A DNA stretch of 38,541 nt, taken from assembly GCA_041905385.1 (NCBI GenBank), contig JAYRLF010000003.1, forward strand, positions 1 through 38,541, read 5' to 3'. Positions 8,379 to 17,840 of this stretch are shown piece after piece. Below the pieces are notes generated by a model that saw only the letters and a list, made by a program, of their open reading frames with translations, was not told the DNA's origin and ran no database searches. The translations under genes and the position numbers were made by a program. The stretch is from Allosphingosinicella sp. (GTDB taxonomy: Bacteria > Pseudomonadota > Alphaproteobacteria > Sphingomonadales > Sphingomonadaceae). The stretch's first letter is position 1. Each line of letters starts with the position of its first letter.

Positions 8379-9032
8379 TCAGTTATCGTCCGCGGGGCGG
8401 CGGACGATCCTGTAGACCGCGGCCGGCGGCAGGTTGCGCAGCACCGTCCCGACCCGCTCGGCCTTGAGCCCGAGCCGATGGAGGATCTTGTCCGGGACGG
8501 AGCATTTGCGGCCGTAAGTGAACAGATAGAAGGCCGCGTCCGGAGCCATCAGCGCGAAGGCGCCGCGCAGCAGCGCCTCAAGCGGCTCGGGCCGCATGTT
8601 CATCAGCCCCAGCCCGCAAATGACGGCGCCGAACGGCGCAGTCTGCCCCGGAAACTCCGTCGCCAGCTCGGTGGCGTCCATCCGCACCACATGTGCAAGC
8701 GGAAACCGCAAGGCGAGCAGGCGCGCAAATTGCGCGTCATACTCGACCAGGGTCAGGTCCTGCGGCGCGACGCCGCGCTCGATCAGCGCCTGCGTGAAGA
8801 CGCCCGTCCCCGGGCCGAGCTCGAGCACCGGTCCAGTATCGGGGCCGACCTCCCGCGTGATCATCGCCGCCAGCGCCCGACCCGAAGGCGCGATCGCGGC
8901 GACCCGGCCGGGATTGCGCGACCAGGCGGAAAAGAACCGAAACTTGTCGATCGCCGAACCGGCATGCGCACGCGCGCGGCGCCTCGAGCCGTGCGACGTC
9001 CGAAAATTCATGGAGGAGCGATCCTGGGACAC
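8379..9032 (-). CDS. pmtA: Phospholipid N-methyltransferase (PmtA-like class I SAM methyltransferase)
   Basis: NPGRVAAIAPS, VLELGPGTGVFT, FTYG, RNLPPAAVY. Start may be ATG at 9011. Confidence 0.82.
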   Translation of the reverse strand: MSQDRSSMNFRTSHGSRRRARAHAGSAIDKFRFFSAWSRNPGRVAAIAPSGRALAAMITREVGPDTGPVLELGPGTGVFTQALIERGVAPQDLTLVEYDAQFARLLALRFPLAHVVRMDATELATEFPGQTAPFGAVICGLGLMNMRPEPLEALLRGAFALMAPDAAFYLFTYGRKCSVPDKILHRLGLKAERVGTVLRNLPPAAVYRIVRRPADDN

Positions 9033-9119
9033 GAATGTGGTTCCTAAAAACTCGGCCTCACAAGCGCGCCGGCGGCTGCCTCTTACTGATCTATCATGAA
9101 CCTGTCGTTGGGAATCGTC

Positions 9120-9165
9120 TGGCTGGGGCGGCAGGATTCGAACCTGCGAATGCCGGTACCAAAAA
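9120..9165 (-). tRNA. 3' half of tRNA-Gln(TTG); att site at the island boundary, not an intact tRNA
   Basis: Reverse complement TTTTTGGTACCGGCATTCGCAGGTTCGAATCCTGCCGCCCCAGCCA has the anticodon loop, T-arm (GGTTCGAATCC), acceptor 3' strand and CCA. No D-arm or 5' acceptor strand upstream. Confidence 0.88.
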
Positions 9166-9256
9166 TCTGGTGCCGCTTTGCCAGCCTAACCGAAACCCAT
9201 GGGAATCCATGGGCTTAACCATCGTAGAATCTGCTGAAATCGGGTCAAGTGAAAAA

Positions 9257-9280
9257 TAGGACACAAATTAGGACACAAAT
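9257..9280. repeat. Perfect 12-bp tandem repeat TAGGACACAAAT x2; probable integrase arm-type sites
   Basis: Copies at 9257-9268 and 9269-9280, about 90 bp inside the att core. Confidence 0.65.
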
Positions 9281-9908
9281 CTGGGAAATGCGTTGCCAAA
9301 GCGCAGGGCATTTGGGGGTGCGTGTTAGAAATTTCTTCCACATCGGCTTTTTGTGGATCGCCGGACGCCGGACGAAGGTTGGCCAGCCGTCATCGGCCCA
9401 GCCTTTGCCCAACGGGAAGCCATCATTGAATGAACGGTTCACACGAATAAGTACGAAAAGTCGCCGAGCGATAGTCACGCGGAATCGCAAGCCTTAGCGG
9501 GACCTTTCAGCGGCCGGACCTCCGCGTTCCAGCATCCCTAAGTTCTCCACCAGCCATTCACATGGCAACCCCACGCATAACCGCCACCGGCTGGGCCGTT
9601 TGATCCAAATCATCATGTCGAAGGCCCGCGCAGCAGCGTTCGACACAGCATTCAGAGCTCGTCGCCTCAGACAAGGGGGCTGCGCAAACTAACCACCCCA
9701 AATGGGGCCCGGCCATAATGGCCCAATTCAGATATAACGTCGGCATATTCTGCACTTGCCTTGCTTACAAAATTATTACAGGTTCGGCGTCGCAGCGAAT
9801 CAGTAGAGCGTATGATCTAATCCCGTTGGGCGTGACTTTACGCTCGGCATGAGGTCGTCTGCCCGATGATCGCAGATTACTTCCATTTTGGACCGAATGG
9901 GAACAGAT

Positions 9909-10553
9909 ATGGGCCGATTGCCAAGCATTTTCGGGCCGAGCGCAGAATTACCCGCCTCTCCGTTGGGAGGCCGCCAACCGGGCCAGCCGGCATCGAAGCA
10001 ACTTGCCTTGTCGATCCCCAAACAGGAGCAGAACAATTGGTGCTGGGCTGCGGTCGCGGCCGGCATAGGGGCATTTTACAACGGCCAGGCTGAGGCCCAA
10101 TGCGGCCTGGCCACCAAGGTGCTCGGCAAGTCACCGGACAACAAATGCTGCACCACCTCTCGCGGCGGTGAATGCGATCATCCATTCTATCTCGATTCAG
10201 CCCTGCAGGCGGTCGGCTGCTTCGTCGACCTCGACTACACCCTTCCCTTCCAGAAGGTGAGCGAGGAGATCGACCAGGACAGAACCTTGGGGATCCGCGT
10301 CGAATGGCCCAACGGAAGCGGCCATTTCGTCGCGGTCGGAGGCTGGCGGCGCAGCCCAAGCGCCGAGGAATATGTGACCGTGCACGATCCTTGGGAACCG
10401 CGCGTCGAAGAGGTTCGCCTTTCGGCGCTTCACGGCTCCTATGGCACCGACCGCGGAAGGTGGACCCACAGCTACCTCACCGCGAAGTCGCCGCCGGCCC
10501 GTCCAGCCTCGGGTCGTCACCTTCCGAGTCCAAGCCGGCGGAAGGGAGGCTGA
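9909..10553 (+). CDS. Papain-like cysteine protease (C39-like/AvrRpt2-C70-like)
   Basis: QEQNNWCWAA (oxyanion Gln and catalytic Cys), SGHFVAVGG (His), VTVHDPW (Asp). No signal peptide. Start at 9909 or 9897. Confidence 0.85.
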   Translation: MGRLPSIFGPSAELPASPLGGRQPGQPASKQLALSIPKQEQNNWCWAAVAAGIGAFYNGQAEAQCGLATKVLGKSPDNKCCTTSRGGECDHPFYLDSALQAVGCFVDLDYTLPFQKVSEEIDQDRTLGIRVEWPNGSGHFVAVGGWRRSPSAEEYVTVHDPWEPRVEEVRLSALHGSYGTDRGRWTHSYLTAKSPPARPASGRHLPSPSRRKGG

Positions 10554-10554
10554 G

Positions 10555-11163
10555 ATGAGTATCGTTCGCAGGACGCCTCCAGCGCACGTCGCGGCTCTGA
10601 TCCGAACGGGACTGATCGACATTTCGGCCGGCAAGGCCCGCATGCTCGGCGGGGCGATGCCGATCGAACTGACCGAGGCTCTGCCGCTCTACGGAGTCGA
10701 CACCGATCATCTGTTGCGGGGCCAGGGCACAGCTGCGCTGGTGCAGGTCGGCTGGCGCAGCATCGTAACCGATGACAAGGGCCAGCGGCTGTTCGCCGAC
10801 GTGGACGGCGTCGACAGTGACGCGCAATTTGCGCGGGTGGCCGCCGGCCCTGCCATCGGGCGGCTGATCGAGCGGGCCGAGCTTTCCGAGCGGGAACTGG
10901 CGGGCGGAGAAGCCGAACTCGAACTCAGGCTGTTCGAATCTCCCCAGTTGAAGATTGCCGCGCTCTGGCTTGCCGGCCCCACCACCTGGTTCCTTCCGTA
11001 TTCCGGGTCGAATACGAAAATACTGAGCGAAGACGCCTTCCTCGAGCTTCTGACCGAACGGGCGCGCGAGCGTCGCGCAAAGTTTTCCGACGAGCCGATC
11101 GACCTTGGCCGCTGGCGTGCGCGCCCGGAGGAAAGTGAGGAAGGCGAGTCGATCGAAAACTAG
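10555..11163 (+). CDS. Hypothetical soluble protein, protease partner
   Basis: ATG 1 nt after the protease stop, GGAGG RBS; motifs VGWRSIV and LRLFESPQLKIAALWL. Confidence 0.8.
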   Translation: MSIVRRTPPAHVAALIRTGLIDISAGKARMLGGAMPIELTEALPLYGVDTDHLLRGQGTAALVQVGWRSIVTDDKGQRLFADVDGVDSDAQFARVAAGPAIGRLIERAELSERELAGGEAELELRLFESPQLKIAALWLAGPTTWFLPYSGSNTKILSEDAFLELLTERARERRAKFSDEPIDLGRWRARPEESEEGESIEN

Positions 11164-11185
11164 CGAACCTTCCGGGGAGGGCGAC

Positions 11186-11668
11186 ATGTCGATCACGAGA
11201 GTCACGAGGGACTGGACATTCCGCAAGGCAGGACTCGGAGGCGCGAACAATCAGCAGGCGCTCGAGCAACTCACGCGCCACGTGCCGGTCGAAGCCATCG
11301 CCTTGTTCGTTGCGACGATGTCGATCGCGACGGCCCTGCTCCCGCAGCCCGCGGACTCGGCCTGGCGCCACATCACGCTCTGGCATGTCTATGGAGCATT
11401 TGTGACCGTCGTCACGCCGGCACTGGTGATCGGGCTGGCGCTGCGGAGCCATTCGCTGCTGCCGGCCCGACAGCCGGGTGAACCGGCGGTAGCGTTCAGC
11501 TTTCCGACGACCCCCTTGATACTGGCCGTCGTCGCCTTCGCGGCATGGGGGCTCTCCGTCCCGGGCCTCGTCACCACGGACAACGGCAAGATCCTTGCGC
11601 CATTCGCCGCGTCCGCGGTGTCAGTGTTTCTCTCCATCATCGAGCCGATCCTGCGGAGGTATCTATGA
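11186..11668 (+). CDS. Hypothetical membrane protein, about four TM segments
   Basis: GGGAGG RBS; hydrophobic segments follow LTRHVPVEAIALF. Confidence 0.8.
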   Translation: MSITRVTRDWTFRKAGLGGANNQQALEQLTRHVPVEAIALFVATMSIATALLPQPADSAWRHITLWHVYGAFVTVVTPALVIGLALRSHSLLPARQPGEPAVAFSFPTTPLILAVVAFAAWGLSVPGLVTTDNGKILAPFAASAVSVFLSIIEPILRRYL

Positions 11669-13149
11669 CCAGAAAAATCGCCGCCTCTGTCCTGTTGACG
11701 GCCGCTGCCCTCGCACTCGGTGGCTGCGTCTCGCTCGGGGTCGCCAACCGAGATCAGCTGGATCCGGGCAGTGCCGCGAGCCGGACCGGCGTGGAATATC
11801 GCCTCGGCTTCACCCAGATGACAGGTACGGTGACCTGGCGGCTGGTCGACTGCCAGACTCCGACAATCGCGGTAAAGACCGAAGGCGTAACGGTAGGCAG
11901 CGCGGCCGACCCGGAGCGGCGGTACGTGATCGACATGACCAGCCTGTCCAGCCCGTTGAAAACCTCGGCGCTGAGGGTCGAGCGCTGGCCCAATGGTCAA
12001 CTGCGCGCGATCAACGCTTCGGCCGAAGATCGATCCGCCGCCGTGCTCGGCAGCCTTATTTCCTCGGCAGTCCGCATCTTCTCGCCGGTTCCGGGGGGCG
12101 GCGGCCCGGCCGCCGCAAGTCACTGCACTCCCGATACCGAACGCGCGCTCGCCGACGCGCAACGGCTGAAGGGGGAACTCGCGACCAAGACGGCGGCCGT
12201 CAATGCGGCGACCGCGGATCTCAATGCTATCACGGAACGGGTGAGACAAGCCGGCGGCGCCGTCGATTCGCTCACCGCTAATCTGCTCGCCAATGCGGTC
12301 ACAGCGCTGGACCAGCGTCGCCGGGAGCAATTGGTACTGCAGACCCAGCTCGATCGCGCGCTCGAGAAAATCACCGCAAAGATCGAGTTCCGCTGGCCGC
12401 AGCGGGCGTCGGACAGTGGCCCCCATTTTCTCGAACTCCCTGCCGAGACGGCAAGCGAGTGGTTCACCAACGGGCCGGCGACGGCGCGAATTCGCAGCGG
12501 CAGCTGCGTGCAGCTTTGGCTGAGCCGGGCAAGCGGCGGCGGAGCCGGCGCCGTCGACGCGCCGGACGAAAGCATTCTCGAAGGCATTCGCTACCGCGAT
12601 CCCGAACCCGGGCTGTTCGAGGTTCGGGTAACCAAGGATGCGCAGGTGCCCCCAGCCGGCGGGCCGCCTTGCTTGGCGAGTCCCGGCAGCGAAACCGTGC
12701 TCAGCATGCCCGTCGACGTGCTCCAGTTCGGCCGCGTAATGACGCTGCCGTTCCACAACGCGATGTTCCAGAGCAACGCGCTTGAAGCCACCTGGGACGA
12801 ACAAGGCCGACTGACGATGGCAAGCTATGGCGTGCGCACGTCCAGCGCGGAGACGGCTGCGGCGCTGCTGTCGACGGGCGTGGACCAGGTCCGGGCCGGC
12901 ATTGCCGCGAACCGCGATGCGGAAACCCAGCGCCTGGTGCGCGAGAATGCGCTGCTCCAGGCGCAAATCGCCAACGCCGAACTCCAAGGCAAGCTGAACC
13001 CGCCGGTCCTCGACGAACGCTCGCAGGCGATTGCCAACTTCGACGCCCAGCGCGCCCTCGACAATGCGGAGGCCGCTGCAATCAACGCGCAGATCGCATT
13101 GCAGCGCGCACGGGCGGAGGCTGCCGCTGCCGGGATAGCGGTAAATTAG
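11665..13149 (+). CDS. Hypothetical lipoprotein with coiled-coil segments
   Basis: GGAGG RBS and ATGA overlap; lipobox ALGG-C; Ala/Gln-rich helical segments in the middle and at the C-terminus. Confidence 0.82.
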   Translation: MTRKIAASVLLTAAALALGGCVSLGVANRDQLDPGSAASRTGVEYRLGFTQMTGTVTWRLVDCQTPTIAVKTEGVTVGSAADPERRYVIDMTSLSSPLKTSALRVERWPNGQLRAINASAEDRSAAVLGSLISSAVRIFSPVPGGGGPAAASHCTPDTERALADAQRLKGELATKTAAVNAATADLNAITERVRQAGGAVDSLTANLLANAVTALDQRRREQLVLQTQLDRALEKITAKIEFRWPQRASDSGPHFLELPAETASEWFTNGPATARIRSGSCVQLWLSRASGGGAGAVDAPDESILEGIRYRDPEPGLFEVRVTKDAQVPPAGGPPCLASPGSETVLSMPVDVLQFGRVMTLPFHNAMFQSNALEATWDEQGRLTMASYGVRTSSAETAAALLSTGVDQVRAGIAANRDAETQRLVRENALLQAQIANAELQGKLNPPVLDERSQAIANFDAQRALDNAEAAAINAQIALQRARAEAAAAGIAVN

Positions 13150-13449
13150 GCGCACCCCGTGGACCCGAACCTGCGCCGCCGATTTTGGAGAGTTTCACCA
13201 ATCGCCGCCCGCGAGTCGGGTGATATCCAATAGTGATTCCCAGGTCAGTCCAAAGATCTCCTTGAGAACGCCGACGGTTAGCGCCTTCAGGCCGTGCCAG
13301 TTCAAGCCACGGCAGAGCATGGCAAGTAGGCTAGCGCACACCAAAAGGAAAATCATTCTAATATCCTAACGGGTCAATTCTCCTCAATTATTCGCCTTCT
13401 TGACTCGTGCCTGCGTTCCGAAAGACCATGAAACAGGGGGGAATCGATC

Positions 13450-14796
13450 TTGGACAGCAGCGAGATCTTCTGGCGATGGCTAACGGGCCTGGTTCGACGG
13501 GTATCGGTTGGCGTCCTCCTCTACTTTCTGTTCGCGATGGTTTCGGTCCTGCTGTATCTGTCAGAAGGCGAGCGGAATTCCGGCCTGGATGAATTAAGTC
13601 GCTATTCGAACGAGCATACGAGATACACCGAGGCCTTTGCCGACATAGCGCGCTACATGACAGCGCTCGGGAGCTCCAAATCGACAGCCCGGATCGCCAT
13701 CCAGCCACTGCGCCTCAGTCTGATGAGCGACCAGATACCCGGGCTTCCCGAATTCGCCTGTGCGGGGAGCTGGGTCGAGGGACTTCGGCGCCTTCAGTCG
13801 ATTCCGGCGGATCTCGCAGCGCGCTGCGCTCGCTCCGAGGAGCAATGCCAGGTCACCCGAGAGAGGCTCCTCCTTGATGATCTGGTGGCATTCGAGCGTG
13901 GCATCGCCTCCGTGCAGGACGCAGTCCAGGTGATGGACCGTTATTGCAACCGACGCGATGCCTACGAATCGATCTGCGGCTATTATCTCAGCGAAGGCAA
14001 TGAGATAGCGGCACTGAACTCGTTCGTTGGCTCTTATTATCGTGAGCGGCCCAGCAGGCCGGCAGGGGGATCGGAGCAAGGGCTGATATGCGATGCCGAT
14101 CGCGCGTCGCTGACCGGCGCGGCTCGGCTGGTCGCGGAGATCGATCCGACCGCTCGGCCGCGAACGCTCGCCGATTTCGAGCGGCTCGGGCGCACGGTCT
14201 CGGATGCGCGGGTGGCGATCCAGTCGCAGGACACCAGGATGAGCGGCGCGCCACCTGGAGGCATTATGACCGTCTCGATCCCCAAACAGGCGGGTCTTCC
14301 GACACTCGCCCTGTTCGGCCTGCTGGCCGCGCTCTATGCCATCCTCCAGATCCGCCGGCTGAAGCGCCTTGTCCTCTCTTACCGGCCGACCGAGGGAGAT
14401 GACATCTTCCGCCTCTACCCAGTCGCCTCGAGCGCGTTCACGATACCGGTTTTCGGTGGGGCTGGCGGCGCGCCAGGTGACGGAAACGGGACGCACCTCG
14501 CCGCGGTGCTGAACAATTGGCTGTTCGACCATATCCCGCTGCTCGCCTGGGCCCTGATGGTCTTCTCCATCGGCGGGCTGACCTATGTCCGCTGGAATGG
14601 CGGTACCCAGCTGTCCTTGGTCGGCATTGGCCTCGCTTGGCTATTCCTGATCCTGCAAGCCGCCGTCATCGTCGGCTTCTACTGCGAGCAGAGGGCCGTG
14701 CGCGCCCATTTCATCGACCGGATCGGCGATGCGCCGGCGGCCGAGCTTCATGGAAATCCGAAGGCAAAGGAGAGCGAAGATGCTGAAAGGTCTTAG
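13450..14796 (+). CDS. Hypothetical membrane protein with a large Cys-containing extracytoplasmic domain
   Basis: TTG start after GGGGGGAA; one N-terminal TM, about 240-aa loop with six Cys, three C-terminal TMs; overlaps the next gene. Confidence 0.72.
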   Translation: MDSSEIFWRWLTGLVRRVSVGVLLYFLFAMVSVLLYLSEGERNSGLDELSRYSNEHTRYTEAFADIARYMTALGSSKSTARIAIQPLRLSLMSDQIPGLPEFACAGSWVEGLRRLQSIPADLAARCARSEEQCQVTRERLLLDDLVAFERGIASVQDAVQVMDRYCNRRDAYESICGYYLSEGNEIAALNSFVGSYYRERPSRPAGGSEQGLICDADRASLTGAARLVAEIDPTARPRTLADFERLGRTVSDARVAIQSQDTRMSGAPPGGIMTVSIPKQAGLPTLALFGLLAALYAILQIRRLKRLVLSYRPTEGDDIFRLYPVASSAFTIPVFGGAGGAPGDGNGTHLAAVLNNWLFDHIPLLAWALMVFSIGGLTYVRWNGGTQLSLVGIGLAWLFLILQAAVIVGFYCEQRAVRAHFIDRIGDAPAAELHGNPKAKESEDAERS

Positions 14797-16225
14797 GTCC
14801 CAGACATTGTGCCGCACCATCGCGGTGGCTCTCTTGGTCGCCGCGCTCGCCGGGTGCGGCGGCACCGGCGACGAGACGACCACCGACCTGGTCGTCTGGC
14901 AGACGGAAACCGACCCAGCCGCCAAGGAGGCATTGGAGCAGCTGGCCACGTCATTCGAACGTTCGAATCCCGGGGTCGACGTGACGATTGAGTCCGTCCC
15001 CTGGGGCTCGCTGTCGGAACGGCTCGCCGCGGCTATTCGGAACAACGATCCGCCGGACATTGCGCACCTCCAGCCTTTCATGACCTACGGCTTGGTCGAG
15101 CAGGGCCAATTGAGCCCGATCGACGATGTCATCCGGGAACTCGAGGCCACGCACGGACCGATCCTGCCGGCGGTTCGCGATCTGCAGCTGTTCGATGGCC
15201 GTCGCTATGGCCTTGCTTATGCGGTCGGCGTCACCGGATGGACCTTCGACACCCGCAAGGCGGGAGGATTGGCGCTGCCTTACCCGCAGGACAGTGCCGG
15301 CACGATCACGGAAGACGCGTTGTTCAACTATCTGCGCCAGGTCCGGGCGCGCAATCGGCAAGCTACAGTCCTCCTTCCGGGCGGCACGCCATTCTTCATG
15401 GAGCAGCTGTTCGGTGAGCTCGTCGCCAATGCCGGCGGCCGGCTCTATGATCCCGCGACACGGCAGTTCCTTTTCACGAGCGAACCCGCCCGGCGCGCGC
15501 TACGCTTCTTCGTACGGCTCCGCCAAGCGGGGCTGGTCACCGCGGATTGGCAGGGTCAGCAATATGTCGACCAGTTCGGCAGGCTGGCCTCACCAGGCAG
15601 CGTCTTCCTCACTCCAGTCACCTATGCGCGGGCAAGCGTCGCAATCGAGCGCACCCTCGGCGACAACCGGCAGGAAGCGAACAGCAACGTCTTTCGATTC
15701 ATGTCGCCGCCGACCAACCAGCGCAACGGCCAGCCGGTCGCAACAATCGACGCCGAACCCTTCGTCATTTTCCAGCATACCGACCGGGAGCCAGCGCCGC
15801 GTGGGCAAACCAAGCGACAGCTGGCCGCCGCATTCCTGCGAGCCTTCTATGCCCGTGACAATTATCTCCGTTTCGTAAGGGCCGTGCCGATCCATCTGAC
15901 GCCCGTCTTCGAGCGGCTTGCCGAGGACGCCGCCTATACCCGCTGGATCCATGAAGGCTGGCTGGACTGGCATCGCCACACGCTCGCCTTCCTCCGCGAT
16001 CCCAACCTGACGCGTCCAATCCTGGTTCCGGGCCCGAATGCCTCGACGCTCGCGCAGGATCTGCGCAATCCCTATTTGCTGCAGCTACAGGCGCAGGGCG
16101 TCATCGCCCGCGCGGTGACTCAGGCGATGGAGCCGAATGCCGACGTGGATGCGATCCTCGCCAATGCGCAAGCTGCGGCGACGCGCATCGTGGAGCAACC
16201 GATTCAGCCGGCCGCCAGCCGCTGA
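14780..16225 (+). CDS. ABC transporter substrate-binding lipoprotein (carbohydrate/CUT1-like)
   Basis: AAGGAG RBS, lipobox LAG-C, FERSNPGVDVTIESVPW, AAIRNNDPPDIA, GQLSPIDD, DGRRYGL. Confidence 0.85.
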   Translation: MLKGLRSQTLCRTIAVALLVAALAGCGGTGDETTTDLVVWQTETDPAAKEALEQLATSFERSNPGVDVTIESVPWGSLSERLAAAIRNNDPPDIAHLQPFMTYGLVEQGQLSPIDDVIRELEATHGPILPAVRDLQLFDGRRYGLAYAVGVTGWTFDTRKAGGLALPYPQDSAGTITEDALFNYLRQVRARNRQATVLLPGGTPFFMEQLFGELVANAGGRLYDPATRQFLFTSEPARRALRFFVRLRQAGLVTADWQGQQYVDQFGRLASPGSVFLTPVTYARASVAIERTLGDNRQEANSNVFRFMSPPTNQRNGQPVATIDAEPFVIFQHTDREPAPRGQTKRQLAAAFLRAFYARDNYLRFVRAVPIHLTPVFERLAEDAAYTRWIHEGWLDWHRHTLAFLRDPNLTRPILVPGPNASTLAQDLRNPYLLQLQAQGVIARAVTQAMEPNADVDAILANAQAAATRIVEQPIQPAASR

Positions 16226-16230
16226 TTGCG

Positions 16231-17031
16231 ATGTCGGCGCGACTTCTTCTCGGCATTCAGATTGCACTGCTGGCGGGCTCGCTGGTGCTCGTCCTGCAGC
16301 TGTTGATAACCGGCCTTCCGTCTGGGTGGTCAGGCGAGAATTGGCTGCTGGCGGCGCCATTTGTCGCAAGGTCGCTGATCTACGCGTTCGTCACAGCCGC
16401 CACGCAAGTGGCGGTCGGGCTGGCGGCGGCGCTAACCATTCTCTGGCTGACGCAGGGACGACGCGCCCAATTGATACTGATCACGATCTTCCTGCTGCCC
16501 TATGCCGTGCCCGCGACGGTGATCGGGCTCGTATTTCGCTTCGGCCTCGGCGCGGAAAGCGCCTGGGCGGAAGCGGTAAGCCCGATATTCGGAGTGCCAA
16601 CGACCTACTGGCTCACCGAGCATGCCTTCGAGGCCTCCATCCTGGCCAGCATCTGGCAGTTCTTTCCGTTCGCCTTCCTGCTTTGCTTCCTCGCCCTCAA
16701 ATCGCTCGATCCGCAGATGCTGCGGGCGGCGCAGTCGGATGGTGCACCGTTCCGGGCGATGCTTTCACACATCATTCTCGCACGAATCTGGCCGATCCTC
16801 GTGGGCGTGTTCACCCTTCGACTGCTGTTCATGCTGGTCAAGTTCGACACGCCCTACGTCTTCACCGAGCTGATCAACTCGCTCGATGATACGGCAACGG
16901 TCGAACTGAGGCGGGCCGTGGTCGGCTCGAACAGTCCGGAACTCGGACTGATCGGCTGGTCGCTGCAGCTTTGCGCGTTGGTCGTGGCAGTCGCCCATGT
17001 CTTCCTCCAGCGCCGGACGCGAAACGGCTGA
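16231..17031 (+). CDS. ABC transporter permease (MalF-like, divergent)
   Basis: LLPYAVPATVIG, IWQFFPFAFL, degenerate EAA loop LRAAQSDGA. Confidence 0.82.
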   Translation: MSARLLLGIQIALLAGSLVLVLQLLITGLPSGWSGENWLLAAPFVARSLIYAFVTAATQVAVGLAAALTILWLTQGRRAQLILITIFLLPYAVPATVIGLVFRFGLGAESAWAEAVSPIFGVPTTYWLTEHAFEASILASIWQFFPFAFLLCFLALKSLDPQMLRAAQSDGAPFRAMLSHIILARIWPILVGVFTLRLLFMLVKFDTPYVFTELINSLDDTATVELRRAVVGSNSPELGLIGWSLQLCALVVAVAHVFLQRRTRNG

Positions 17032-17840
17032 TGGGACGGATCCTGCCAGCCCTTCTCGCTGCTTTGCTTGCCGGCTTCGCGCTGCTGCCCATTGCAATGC
17101 TTCTCCTGGCATCCGGACTTCCGCAATTGTCCGTTCGCCCGTCCGGAATCCCCTGGGATTCCTTTTCCGCCTGGCGGGGTCCAAGACTGTCTCTGCTCTG
17201 GGCCGAGTCCAATGCGGGCCTGCTCCAGTCGCTGCTTCGCACGACCTTGCTCGCGCTCGCCGCGTCGGTCACCGCCGCCTCCTTGTCCCTGGTCAGCGCC
17301 TATCTGATCACCCGGCGACGCTCCCGGCTGTTTCGGCAGGGCGTGCAAGCGCTTTCCCTCGCTGCCTATGGGCTTCCCAGCGTCTTCCTGTTCCTCGCCG
17401 TGGCGCCGCTGCTCACGGGTTCGCCCTTTCCGGCGTTGACGAAGGTCTGGATCATGCACACGCTCTATATCCTGCCGATGACGCTTGTCCTGGCGCTCGG
17501 CTATGCTGCGGCGCATCCCTTCCTGCTCGACCGAAGCGTCGCGATGGACGGCGCGCGATGGCCAAGTCGCTTCACCTTTGCCTACCGCGCGAAGCTTTGG
17601 CGGGCCCATCTCGCGCTCATATCGATTGGCATGTTGATCTCCTGGGGCGATCTCGTCTTCTCCCAGCAGATGCTGGCGGCCGACTCGAAGCTGCTTGCGG
17701 ATCTGTTCGACCTGCGCTTCTTCAACAATGATTCGACATTTCCGGACTATCCGAGCGCGGCGCTGTTCAGCCTGGTGCTGATGCTGATCGCAACTTGCCT
17801 CGCGTCCGTCATCGCCCTCACCAACCGGCGCGGCGCATGA
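17031..17840 (+). CDS. ABC transporter permease (MalG-like, divergent)
   Basis: TGATG coupling; about six TMs; degenerate EAA loop DRSVAMDGA; ISWGDLVFS. Confidence 0.8.
   Translation: MGRILPALLAALLAGFALLPIAMLLLASGLPQLSVRPSGIPWDSFSAWRGPRLSLLWAESNAGLLQSLLRTTLLALAASVTAASLSLVSAYLITRRRSRLFRQGVQALSLAAYGLPSVFLFLAVAPLLTGSPFPALTKVWIMHTLYILPMTLVLALGYAAAHPFLLDRSVAMDGARWPSRFTFAYRAKLWRAHLALISIGMLISWGDLVFSQQMLAADSKLLADLFDLRFFNNDSTFPDYPSAALFSLVLMLIATCLASVIALTNRRGA

Noticed and set aside
6690-9047. 785-aa plus-strand ORF
   Set aside because: Antisense shadow of nagB, dedA and pmtA in high-GC DNA; no recognisable motifs.
9120-9195. Intact tRNA-Gln gene
   Set aside because: Similarity stops at the anticodon loop; no D-arm or 5' acceptor strand can be formed.
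9245-9800. Short ORFs (9245-9490, 9249-9497, 9558-9755) and a sigma70 promoter near 9756-9785
   Set aside because: No RBS or motif support for the ORFs. The region is AT-rich and probably regulatory, but I could not fix a convincing -35/-10 pair.
11389-13155. 588-aa minus-strand ORF
   Set aside because: Antisense shadow of the lipoprotein gene, which has an RBS, a lipobox and operon coupling.
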